A DNA stretch of 64,000 nt from assembly GCA_964057225.1 (NCBI GenBank), contig OZ059896.1, forward strand, positions 7,502,001 through 7,566,000. The letters are read 5' to 3'. The notes under the pieces were generated by a model. The model saw only the letters and a program-made list of their open reading frames with translations, searched no databases and was not told the origin of the DNA. Source of the DNA: Auanema rhodensis (lineage: Eukaryota > Animalia > Nematoda). A program made the translations under genes and the position numbers. This document shows, in pieces, positions 38,401-51,195 of this stretch; position 1 is the stretch's first letter; every line of letters begins with the position of its first letter.

Positions 38401-41400
38401 TTGAGTCAGTTTTTCAGCAAACAAGACAGCAACTTGAATGACACCTACCTTGTGCAATTATATAGAATTGCCAATTCTCCCATTACAGTTCCTGCTTTCA
38501 TCATACCCAGAAGTTGTCCTTCTCGAGAGACCTGAAGTTCACCCTCTGAAAAACAGCATTGTTATGAAACAAAATGCAGATTTCATCTTGATCATACCGG
38601 CAACTACGAAAAGGCGATCACCGGGTTCACCCTCTTGAATAACCCATTGTCCTGCACGAGCTCTCATCTCATACATACATTCAACAAGCTCGATGATCTG
38701 TTCTTTAGCTAATTGCTTCAGGAAATCATTTTTATGAACAGCATCACGAATAAGTTGTTTTGAACTGAAAACAGAATTGGTTCCATAGAAAGACAGAAAA
38801 ATTGTAGTATCTCACCCAGCTGTTTTGCTATGATGCTGAAGGGTGGCTTTAGTTTGTTCGAAGTTTGTTGGTTCGGCAGAAACGGCAAGTTTTTTAGCTC
38901 TAACATCACTTGGCAAGACCGCCTTCTAAAGAATGCAGTAATTTTCACGACAACAATATGTCCCCTTGAGTGGACATGTATACTACCTGCTGCAGATCAT
39001 TTCCTAGTTGTTCAGTACGTGAACCCGTAGGAGAGGCAGGTACTCCTGGACTAGCGGCAGAGGTTGCTTTTTGGTCCAAAACTGATCTTAATTTGTCGCA
39101 TTCTCTCTGAAACAATAGAATTAGAAATATTCTTTCTTAAGCCGAATAAAAAGAAAACTAACCTGTAAAGAGGTTACTTCTGCTTCCAATTCAGCAATTC
39201 GTTCCAAGTGATTATCCAAGTCTTTCTGTTGTTGCGATAATTGATGATCTTTTCTTAGAAGAGATTCTTCCATTTGAGGTATTAATTTTTGCAACTCATG
39301 AGCTTCGAAGATCCGAGTCCCAACTTGGACCTAAAAAAACAGAATAAGATGAATTTGAAATTGATGCAGCCTTTTTAAGATCCACTACGATCTTATTAGA
39401 AAACCCCTTTTCCTCAATAGAGCCAGAGTCATACACTACTACTTGTCATCACGCTGGGGGAAATTGAATTGGAAATATTGGATGAATTCCATGTATACTT
39501 CTTCATAAGATAGTATCTGCTCATTACATAGCATAGCAAAAAACCAAAAATACTCTTTCCTTTTTTCTCTCGATATTTTTAGACTTCTTCACAAGACAAC
39601 AAATGCAAAACTTGACTTAAATAGCCGTCTTTCAAAAGCATACATCTTATTTTATAAAGAATGTATTGTGAGGTTCTGCCACTCTGTACGTTTCGGGTTT
39701 TCCAAATAAAAACAGAGACACGAGTCCTTGGTATCCCCATAGCTCCATGTCTTTTCGATACATCTTCATCTAGTGCACACTTCGAAACTACTTCTTCATC
39801 CGTCCATCCATGCTACTAATAGGCTTCATAGCACTCTTTTCTTCACTTAGATTATGAAGACAGCAGTAAGCTCTATGTCTTTTTAGCAATCGACACATCT
39901 TCTTACTCTTTTACGCTTTCGCTTTAGTCTTTTCTTTATTTACTCTGGCCTCTCCCATTTTTGTCGAATGCTTACTTCTCCGTTTTCTTTTTGCAGGCAA
40001 AATTTGTGGTGCAGTTGTTGTTCTTCTTCTTATTACGACTGCTGATTCCAGCACAATAAGAAGAAAAATTGATGAAGAAAGGTAAAAGAAAAAATAACCT
40101 AGATTACTTTAACAATTCTCGATGAACACATGATTTTGATGTAAAAACCTAACTCGCAAACACAACTACACGATTCTAAAAAGCATGTCGACAGGTGGGG
40201 ATGATAGAGAGCTTTTCATTGTGATACTGGAAGTAACCAATTAATCAGTCATTTAGTTTTTCAGCTGTAAAAGAGTATTGTTGAAAACATCATGAGTATG
40301 ACTCAGTTTCATCCAACCAGTCTGGATTGTGCGCAGCATTTTGCCCCAGCCTAGTCCCTGGGTAGTTGGCAGTCCATTTCATCCCCAAAATGTGAAAAAG
40401 ACTAATAAAAATAAGTGAAGAGTGGAGAAAATCAAAATGGATAACGCCTTTGCATCCGTATTCATAACCTCCCAAAAATGAGCGGATTGGATTTTTTCTT
40501 CAAGAGTTACATATATGCCGCAATCTATGGCAAAAGAGCAGAAAGGAACAAATAGAAAACTAGCAGAAAGATCAAGCTTTTGACACAACTCGCAGCTGCC
40601 CATCACTCTGATGAATAACGACACTAACATTTTTATGAAAATTCTAACAACACTGCACAATTGTCCATTGGGGAATGCTGTTGGAAAAGAAACACTGCTC
40701 ATTGAAAATTTGCGTCATAGTTGGTAACGATGCTGAATCTGAAGGTTTTGAATATCTGAAGCGCTTTTCCTTCACGCATGCACTTTTATCCAAAGGCCGC
40801 TTTAACAAGAAATGCGCAAAATATTTTATGCTATATCCTTCAGAAATAACAAGAAATTTGATGAAAAGACGAAGATTCATTGGGTTGTGACTAAGTCACA
40901 CTCAAGTAATGAAAAGATTTATTATCCATTTCACCTATTGATTCCTGGTGACATTCTCAGTATTGGTTTGTGTTAGAAATGCCACACAAGGCCAGCACTA
41001 CTAAACAGCAAAAGATAATTGGTTGGGGTACATGAGAATGGCACAAAGCATGAGCTTTCAAATTGTAAGAAACTTCGTATGAAATGTTGAAGAAAATCAA
41101 AAGTTAGTCCCATAGCTAAGAAAGCATAAGAGCAGCAAAAGAAGCAAACTTTGTTGGTTTACGTTGCCGCGAGAACAAATTACATAGAAACAGACTACTA
41201 ATGACTTATTCATTGACACCATCACAAATTCACAGCTCTTGAAAAGTGTTTAGAAGAAAGTCTGCTTATGTTACAGCTTTTTTATGCTTCAAAACGCTTA
41301 GTGATTATTCAAACACAAAATACATCTTTGTCAAATGTGATGGTAAGTTGTATGATTAAAAATGATATAGAATTACAAGTGGGAAAAAAAGTAAGACAAT

Positions 41401-44400
41401 ATCGAATAACAACACTAATGCAATAGAGGTGTGCATAATTTCTATTTCCACACTAATTAACTAACATAGATACAAGGATCAGTTATACACTTCCTCCTTC
41501 TGCAACATTTTTCTTTCCTTCGCTTGGAAAAAACACACCCTTTTCATACCACTATCACTATATTTATCTCTAATTCTCTCCTTATATGTAGGTCCTTTAA
41601 ACTCTCACGGTGCGTCCAGGACGGGCTTTAAAAAAAAGAAAAACAAAAACAGGCGGTATGAATTGTAGCCGTTTGAAAAAACAGGAACAATGCTGCACCC
41701 ATTTGCAATTCATTGACTTATCCTCGGTATACTTTATATATTAAAAAAGAAAAAGAACCAACTCGGCGGGTATCCAGATTGTCACCGTTCATGAACATTC
41801 TGAACTACAGGCCCTTGATTAATTGTCCTCGATGTTGATTTTGTCCTTCTGTACCAGACTGACTAGCTCGACCCAGCTCGGTTCGTCTGCTGGAGGTCAG
41901 GTGATCTCTCCAGCTTACACGAACTCTGGACAGGTTTCGAGTTTGCGCGGTAAGAAACACGAGAGAAAGCTGTCAATGACAGTAGAGATGATTAATTAAC
42001 AATGAAAAAGACGTAGAAAAGGCAAGTAGAAGTATAAAAACGGTAAAATTTAGAAAAAAAATCAAAACAGATTGGGAAGACTCTGAAAATAGGTTCAACG
42101 GAAGACCGGAACTGGGTTCACGTCGACACCACTCAGGCACCTTCCTCTCACAAACGAAGGAGGGAGATGGTGTGCTGATGCTGTAGGTGCTGCAGCTAGC
42201 AGAGACCCAATCTAGACGATAAAGAAGCAAAGGAAACAGAACAAAACAACTGAAAACGAAGAGAATGAGAACAAAAAGACCGAGAGAAATATGAGGACTG
42301 AGAGAAGCGGCGGGCCGCCCTGTGATCTGCGTCTCTGGCAACATACAACGATAGATTTCCATTCCTCCTCCCTCTCTCCCTCCAGGCTCCGTGCTACTGC
42401 TGTGAAGGAAGCTGATTGAAGCTGTAGCTAGTGCTACTGCTGCAGCTGACTTCATGCCCATCCAGGCATTCTCATTCTTCACTTCATCCAAATGAGAAGC
42501 ACATACGAACAGCAACCATCAAATTAAGCCAAGAGTAGTTGCAGTAGAAGTAATAGAGAAAATTTTAGTAGTGAAAAAGAAGATGAAACACCAGAGAATG
42601 TGATGAGAAGGGATAACTGATTTAGCGCAAAATACGAAAAAATCAGACTACAGCAGAAATAAAACGAATGTTTAGAAAAATCGAAAAGAAAAGAAAATAT
42701 TTCAATTTTTGAACTAAAAACATTGTGAGTCAAGAAAAACGAATTTTTCAAGAAACAAAGTGGACATAAGAAATTGCACACGAATTATGTTATATGAACA
42801 ACCCTTTGCAAAAATGTAGACATGTTTAAATAAATGATATACCGTAAAATTTCATTTCTTTCTAACCTGATCTTGTCATAAAAAAACAGTAGATAATCTA
42901 CAAGTTCATCAAAACTGGCGCATGAAAAGGTAAGTCTCTTGAAATTACTTGTCAGAACGTACGATCGTAACTTTATTGTATTGATCGATAAGTTGGTGTC
43001 AAAATCATTGAACAAGGACTTAACAAAAAAAACATCAGACTTTCGTTTACAATTTATCCCATCTTGATAATACAATTCCATTATTCATCACATGAAAAAA
43101 GAGAGTTTAAAAACTCTTTTGTTTTCTTTTTCCAAATTCTGCTCTTATTTTGACAATTATTTGGAATAGCCACATTTATGGCATGGGCTGCGGGGGTCAT
43201 ATTATAATCGTGAGGCACAATCCATATTGAAAAAAATATAGAAAAGACATTGCGTAGTGTATCGAAACAGAAATAAAGAAGATCTCTATAGGGATATCGT
43301 TACAATTTTTGGGAATAAGGATTATAGTGATTAGAAATCTTCCAAGATGGCCAACATATCATACGTAGTTTACTTCTCAGTACGAGAAAGCAATCATCCT
43401 CTTACAAAAGTCCGAATTTGTGTGCATAATAGTTAAAACAAAAGTATTATCACTTACCTGATTCAGCTTCATTACCCGTAGCAGACATAATTTGATACAC
43501 ATGAGGTTTTCCACAACCTAGTTTGTTATCCAAACGTGACTGCTACTAAAGGCTGTGCAAGCTTCGGTTGACAAATCGGCTGCTTTAGAACTAAACGTTG
43601 TCGTCGGGCAGGAACACTCTTACGACAGTTTTTAGCAATATTCAGGACTTCATAGACTTTCAATAGAAAGCGCAGGTAGAAAATTTGTTGACAACAAGTG
43701 GTGGAATAGCTTGAGTAACTACAATAACTCGAAAATCACATCAAATGTGAAAAATATGTTATACAATAAACAGCATATTCCTCTCACTATGTTGCCAAAT
43801 GTAACAAATTCACCACAAAAACGAAATATGGAAGAGAATTCAGAGACAAAGAGTGGCTGCACAATCAAAAAGTGAAAGTGATCTAGCCTTCATCACAATA
43901 AACCATATAGTTTTTGACAGGGCTAACATAGACGTAATCAAATATCAAATAGTATCAAATAGTAAAGAAAAAAAGCACATTCAATTTCGCTACTTATCAG
44001 CGAGCTATTGGAGATGTGCAGCCTTCAATGTCAAAGTTAATTATCACAAACGACATCTATTGGCCTGTTAACATTTTCAATGTGCAAAATAAAAGTGTTT
44101 ATGACTGGTTTCTCGAGTTGCTGCATTGAAACAAAAAAAAACAATTCCTTCATTGGCTTAGCCTTAGGAAAAGTCTCTTTCAGACAATCTGAAGCAGGGT
44201 CTCGCCGTAAAACCGAACACCGTTCTTCTACCCCCATATATACCAGAACAGCTTGAAAGGCACGCAGCGTGTGACGATTTAAAAACAGGCTCCAAAAAAG
44301 GAAAACAGCAAAAAGGAATTTACACTGCCAATCATTACCTGATCGGAAGGTTTCCGAAGTTTGGAGAAAAAGCCACGAATTCCTCCGCCACCACCACCAC

Positions 44401-44425
44401 TCGAAGGTCGTGTTGCCGAACTCAT
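35444..44425 (-). CDS. egl-4: cGMP-dependent protein kinase (PKG), long isoform
   Basis: First exon 44425-44339 [29 protein letters not shown] splices to [19 protein letters not shown] (from 39330). It has the pseudosubstrate [11 protein letters not shown], two cNMP-binding domains ([15 protein letters not shown]; [17 protein letters not shown]), kinase motifs [23 protein letters not shown] and [10 protein letters not shown], and the C-terminus [13 protein letters not shown]. Matches C. elegans EGL-4 as recalled. Confidence 0.97.
37725..37861 (-). CDS. egl-4: Candidate internal alternative first exon of egl-4 (short isoform)
   Basis: ATG-initiated, stop-free 137 nt ([45 protein letters not shown]) ending AG|GTATTT in phase 2, the phase needed to join the exon at 37642 (R-TASVQAK) across an 82-nt intron. 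Confidence 0.55.
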
Positions 44426-45085
44426 ATTTCCTGAATTCGCCTGCTACTTCGTGTCCTTTGGTGGGCAACCTCTCGTGGGACAACGGTCTGTAAAATATAT
44501 ACAATCAAATTATAATATTATGAAAAAAACACGGAAAAAAAAGAATATAAAAAAGATGATTAACGAAATAATGTTTTTTTTAAATAATGGATTTCTATTA
44601 AAGCCTCAAAAAGTATTCATAATAACAGGCTCAAGCTGCAAATTTTTCCAGGCAAAGGACAGATTCATCATCAGCAGTGGCCTGTAGTAACAAATTAGAA
44701 GGTCGATATAAAACAGGGTGATAATGACGATATTTCACTATAATTGGTTATCAAAACATCATAAAGTTAAGATTGTAATATATGAAAGTGTATAGAATTT
44801 ACACACAAATCGGGTACTGTTGACGATAAATGAAGAATATGGATTAAATTTGAAAATTTTGAGATAAACAAGCGAAAATACGCTTTCAAAGGGTCGAACA
44901 AATATACACATGGAATATAACTTTAATTTGACAAAATAATTTAGATGTATTTCAATAACACTTGAGTTCTCAAAATGTTTGAGCTATGATTAACGTCCAT
45001 CTAGCAAATCTGACATTCTGAAAGGAAATACTTTATCCTCAGGCTATAATATAGAGAAATAAGAACTTACGAAGATTGAAAGCTC

Positions 45086-48000
45086 TCAAAGGTCTGGGCA
45101 CCTCTTGATATTGTGCATTTTCAAGAACTCCAAGAAGGCAGGTTGATCCGTTGGGCCTATCAAATGACAGAATTCTGTAAAAATTCTATTTAGAACAGGA
45201 AAACAACATTCAATATGCATCAAACAGATGCCACTCAAAATAATTCTTCATTTATTTTTGTATTCTACCTACAAAAGAATAAGAATAAAAAAAAGACTCT
45301 ATTGGTACTTGAAATAACTTCAGTAGAAATATAAGAAAACAAGGTGATTGAATATGAAGACCAAATATGTGAAAAGATCTTACTGTGTAGCAGATGTTTC
45401 CTGCTAGTTCCAAGCAGATCCATCCATTTATAAGCTAATTCAACGATAGGCAGATCAAAATTATTTTTTCTGTTGAGAAGCCGAGCAAATTCTTCTATTT
45501 CTTCCACGCTGAGGCATTCTGATAGCTGAAATACACTAGATTTAGATGCATGAAATCAAAAAGAACAGAATGCAAGAATGAATAAGAAAAATTTTTTTTT
45601 CTAAAAACGAATAAAGACTTCGAGGCAATGTCTACAAGATGCAAAAATATTAAACAGAAAAAGTAGTCTTGGAAAAACCCGAAAACAGATTTTAACTTTT
45701 ACAAAGAAACATACGATGTTTAACGATGAAATTGATGAACATCGATAATAATAGATCTAGGTTGAGAGAAAAATACGAATATGTGAATAGAAGCAAAGAC
45801 TATTAGAGTGAGGAGAAACTGGAAGAGGAAGTGGTAAGAGATGAAGAGAAAGAGAACGAAGTATTGAAGATATGGGAAAACAGACGAAGGTACAAAGCGA
45901 GGAATCCAGAGCGAAATTCAACAGAGCAAGAAACATAAAAGAAGTAAAAAGGAAGTAAATGAACATACACTCTCTATTCGTATAAGGGTGAAGAAACTGA
46001 CAATGAAATTTGACCGGAGAAGAAGGCTCCGGCTTGAATTAAGGCCACATGAGGTCGATGAAAAGCTGGGAAGAGGCCTTTATAAGAAAATACAAAGCGA
46101 AGACAACAGCCTATTCAATATAGTAGCAGAACCTAATAGGCTTATGTCAGTTTCATGACAAAATGAAGTACATAGACGATAGCTTAAAAATCTACTAATG
46201 TAGCCAAAATTTAAAAAATCAGAACCATCGGGCAATGACAGCAAAAATATTATATGTGTTTTCAAGTTTATCAACGAAAAATTGTGATGCAAAAACCTAA
46301 AATATGCATAGCAGTGCTTGTTTATATTCCTTGCACGTACGATGCATTTGTGATCAACTTGAGACCAAACTGTAATCATATGTAAAACTCAGGTTGAAAA
46401 GAAAAAAGCATTTAAGGAAGTGCGCTTCCAAATCGGAACGGAAAAAATATTTAAAAGCCAAATTTATGATGTAACGAGTTAAGAAATAAAAAATAAGGTG
46501 AACCTTATTCAAATGAACTAACTGCAAATATGATGAAGAGAAATGTTAAGTAAAAATATAGTGGTTAATAAGCTTAGTATAGAAACACGAATACTGCCCA
46601 AGACTTCTAGTGCTGTAAAAGGGCATACGTGTCAACATGTTCAAGCAGTTAATATATCTGATAATTCGATAACGACCCAAATTAAAAAAAAAGAAACAGC
46701 TAGAGAAGACGAGATAGAGAGAGAAGAGAATCTTAATCAATACGATGCTTTGAATTACACATACATCATTGAGCTGTGATGAAGATGATGGGTAAAATCT
46801 TAAATTGTGTACAAGCAAAAGATATATGTCGTTTTCTATTTAAGCGTGCACAAAACGAACATTCTCTGTTTAAAAAAATAGAAAATCGTCTTCCGGAGAA
46901 GAAAGGAAGAAAGAATAAGGCAGAGAAGCGAAGCTTACACTCAGCTGTGTCGCAAAATAATCCGCACAACACCATGGAAACGAATATTTGCGAAAACCAA
47001 TAAGGCAAAAGCTTCGAAAAGAATTGCTAAATTAGAATAAATATGGAATACGATGATAAGATCACCTGTTAATCGGAATAGAATACAATATTTTTGTGAT
47101 AAAATGTGAGTGTTGCTCGGATATTCCAAAAAAAAATGCTATAACTATAGCCTCGCTGTAAGTATTATTGTTATTTCAGGAATAATACTAATAATGTATT
47201 AGCTAGACCTTTTCCCGAATGCCAGATTGAACTGACACTACATCTTGCAGAGTGATTAAAGGAAACAGAGAACAATTGATGACGCGAAAATTGAATAAGA
47301 TTGTAAAAAAGAACCAAATGAAAAGAGTGAAAAGGTGAAGGAAAAACTGAGCAAAAGAGAAACAAATCCCATCCAGAGATGTTATACGCCTTTAACTGCA
47401 AAACAGTAGCTTTGGTATAAAATAGCATGATTAGCCGCGAAAAAGGAAATAACTAGCTCATAGTAGGATCTGACGACCGCCGAAAAAGCAGACGAGCAGA
47501 TGACTAGAATTCCTGAGGATGCGAATAATGATGAAGCATATGAAACAGAGTATGAGCCTGAAGATAACGAGGGCGAAGAAGTAATAGACTTCTCCAATCG
47601 ATAAACAGCTACAAACTAAAATGGAATTAGCATCATAAATAGAGTGGAGGAAGAAGCTAACAACAGAGGGAGAGATGAAAAGAGGAAAGCGAGAAAAAAA
47701 GGCTTATTCTGAGACGCTAGTCTCTAATTCACAGATCAAAGAGCGAAAATAGCGAACGAAAAGTTAAGCGATAAAGAAGAGCCTTAAAGTCGAAGATAAT
47801 AATTAAAAGCGAAAGAGAAGAGAATTGAAAAGCGCAATTTCATTCAAAAGATGCAAACGCACATCCAAAAACTCATATGTTGAAAAACGGGGAAAATGAA
47901 TTTTGAGAAAGCAGGAAGAAACGTAAGAATAGTTGAAACCAATCACTATAATGTTGATCTAATAGCTTTTGGACAGTTAAAACTTCTCGATTTTTTTATT

Positions 48001-51000
48001 TTTGCACTCAACCATGCCAGTTCGTATTCGTATCTTATACTGAGCTATAATGCAGCAAATAAGATCTCCAGCGAAAATTTGGAAAAACGAGAGAGCTGTT
48101 AGAATCCGCGGATATAATTTATTAAATTAGAAAATTTAACATTTTACAAAAGAATAGAATGTGGAATGAAACTAGATGAAAGAACATAAGGAAAACCAAG
48201 AAAGACTGACCATTCGAATAAATTCATTGCCTTCCGCTGAAGAATCGCTAGCAGTATAGATGGATGTAGATGTATTCTGAGTTCCGGCAGAAGCTAAAGC
48301 CGGGAGGGCATTACTTAAAAAGAGCTGATATACATACAATCAGGGTTGATCATTTGCATGTCAGGGGCATGTAAATAAGATCATTTGAAAACAAATGACG
48401 GAAGTAATTGAAAAAAAAACTTACAGAGAGGTTTTGTTCAGCTGAGAAGAATAATGAGAAGATGGAGAACCTGAATCAAATTAAATAATAAGTATCTTAA
48501 AGTTTGAAAACTGGTTTAAATGTATTCAATCAATGAATTGTTATAATCTATTACATTCAAGCAACCATGTTTTTGAGGATCCTTCACTTGAACATTGAAA
48601 AAGGTGAAGAGTGAGGTAAACACTAGTACGAGCAAAGATGAAATTACTAGAGCATGAGATCCTGATTGCCAATTTACACGGATCAAGTAGAAGTGGTATT
48701 GAAGTCCAATTTGTCACCAGAAAAAAAGACTCAATAAACACTTATTGTAAACATAATATTACAGCGCGGAATCAAAATAGTAGTATAAGCAGCTGACTTA
48801 TCGAAAACATAGGAATAATTATTTCTTGATGATGAAAATAATGAAGAGGAAAAATTATTATTGTGCTAATAGCGGAAAAAGAATACTCGGATCGTACTGA
48901 TTGAGGGAAATACTGAGTAATCCTTGCTAAAGCAAAATTAGCAGGGGTATGTCAAATGAGAAAATTAAGGCTTGCCAAATACTAATTATATAATGTTATC
49001 CCAAATCAAGACTCAAGCTATACTGAGTGGAACGAGATGAAAATAAAGATAATTAATTACCTGTATTTCTCAAGCGAGGTTTCATCATAACTTCACTATA
49101 TACAACTTGAAATCTTGCTTTTAACGATTGACACAAATTATCAGCTGCTATCTAAAAACATAAACAGTCCGAAATTACTCAAATTTGAAAGATAGCAATC
49201 TTGATTGAATTACAATTTTTGTCTGGAAGTTTCGAACAAACAATTAGAAAGATACCTTGGTAGGGAGAAGTAGCACAGCAATATCTCGATTTTGTTGAGA
49301 AGTCGGATAATCGTTTGAGGCAATATTTACAGTGATCACATGAATGTCTTCGTCTTCTATGTAGCCAACAGAAGCAATAATATGAAGCGGTACGGAAAGA
49401 TGTAGCTTCTGAAAACATACTATTTATTTATTTAATCAGTGAAAACGCGCAAAACGTTATAACATATGATAGCACTCAAGAAGTAACTTGAGAATAGGAT
49501 GTTAAAGGCAACATGCTTGAATGAAGGATGGAAGCTTTGTGAAAAACATTTGAAAGGAAATCGTAAGATGATGGGACTTCTGGACATTGAAAGCTGCAAT
49601 TACTAAACAGCACAATCGAAATTTAATAAACAAACTAAGCATAAGTTGTTTGAATCATAAAGCTAGTTGTATCATTCTGAATCGCTCATTTGACTTCACA
49701 AACGTTAGGCATTAAACATAAGCTAAATTATGAATTCCGGGCACAATACACAAGAAATGTACAAAAATAGGAAAGGTATCAAAAAAGTTTTGCATATTGT
49801 AAAGGACTGAGTGATCAACAATAAATGCGTTCAAAAATATAATTGAATGATAGGAGATGAAAAATAAGAGGATTATGATGATGATATCGCTGATTACATT
49901 GCTCTTCGGTACGATTCGAAAACATGAAATCCATATAAGAATAATTCAATATAGCTATGCGCTTAACAAATTTAAGTAGTAAGATTAATAAAGAAAACGT
50001 AGGAGTAAATAATTAAGAATTCACAAAGCTTCACAATTGAAACAATCTCCGTTATAATATTACTATGAGAAGCAAGGAAAAAATGTACAATAGATATGTA
50101 CAATGTGGAAGAAAAACTTAAGAATGGGAAACAGATTCACATTTAAATAGTACTTTTCTTTATATTTTAACTTTAAAAAGTGTTGGAGCGGTTGTTGTCC
50201 ATGCTCATTTCGGCTTCATCATGAACACAGATTGGCTGCTTTCACTCATGCAAATGTTAAACAACAATAGAAATAGAAACCATCATATTTGAAGTCTGCA
50301 CAATGGCTAAGCGTCAATAAGAAACATTATGTTAAAGGATGAAAACAAGGTCAGGTTTGGCAACCAAAAAAACCTGTCGTTTGGTTCGGCACGCAAGAAG
50401 GTGGGAAGGTAAAATTACTATCGAACAGACTACTGAGGAGACATTAAAATTAGACTAACGTTTGTATTTTTTTCCGTAACTTCGACATTGTATTGCTTGA
50501 TGGCAAATTGATATGAATCTATCTGTTCATTGCACTCGCCTAATTTACGAATAATTCCTTCTTCCTAAAGAGAAAAATGTAACACAATGATTAAATGAGG
50601 ATAAGTATGGATTACCTGCGCTTTATCTAAAATGTTCAGCAATTCCGTGCGTCCAGCTGGATCAGAGAAATTGATATCGCGAACGATCCCAGCATACTAA
50701 AAGAAGTATTAGCATGTAATGTATCAAATATATTCCGCGGTAAAGATTGAATTGACATGTAAGGACACGCATGAGGAATAGACCAAACATGATGCATATT
50801 GGTAAAATAGGGTTGAAAATTGCAAATTAAGGAACGATTGTACAGTAGAAACAGAGGGAAAGATATTAAACAAACTTCTGTTATAAGGCGGCTAAACAGC
50901 AGGCAAATGATTATAGTAGAAACTGAAGATAGCTTTCCGAGTTTAGCTTTTTTCTCAGCAAAAGCTATCTAGCCTTTTCGCTAAGACATTAGTATTTAAT

Positions 51001-51195
51001 TATAATAGGAACTTCAACGAAGAAACCAAAGGTAAGACCGAAAAATAATTAAATTTCAAATTTTCCCAGATAGGTGGTTTTCAATGGATAAGAGATACAT
51101 CAAGCGGAAAAAAAACAATGCAAATAAGGTAAACAAAACAATTTGAAAATAATTACCCCAACGTCGAACACGTTTGCTACTGATGAAAAAGACAT
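45086..51195 (-). CDS. ccm-2: CCM2/malcavernin orthologue (N-terminal PTB domain plus C-terminal harmonin-homology domain)
   Basis: Exons give MSFSSVANVFDVG|YAGIVRDINFSDPAGRTELLNILDKAQ|EEGIIRK...|KLHLSVPLHIIASVGYIEDEDIHVITV...|IAADNLCQSLKARFQVVYSEVMM, resembling the human CCM2 PTB (NPSSRTEILHFID, RVPIHDIAAVSY, AAEELC...VFQVVYTE). The C-terminal LSECLSVEEIEEFARLL...LGTSRKHLL...FLEFL resembles the CCM2 HHD (LSSQEIQQFAALL...YGDSRKFLL). The gene is adjacent to cmk-1, as K07A9.3/ccm-2 is in C. elegans (recalled). Linker exons and the exact 3' end are uncertain. Confidence 0.88.

Noticed and set aside
41973-42515. Longest ORF in the track (180 aa, minus strand)
   Set aside because: Low-complexity F/L/S composition from a pyrimidine-rich intron strand; no motif or phase-compatible splice context.
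43473-43495. TACCCGTAGC..., resembling the miR-51-56/miR-100 5' end
   Set aside because: No complementary arm on either side, so no precursor hairpin.
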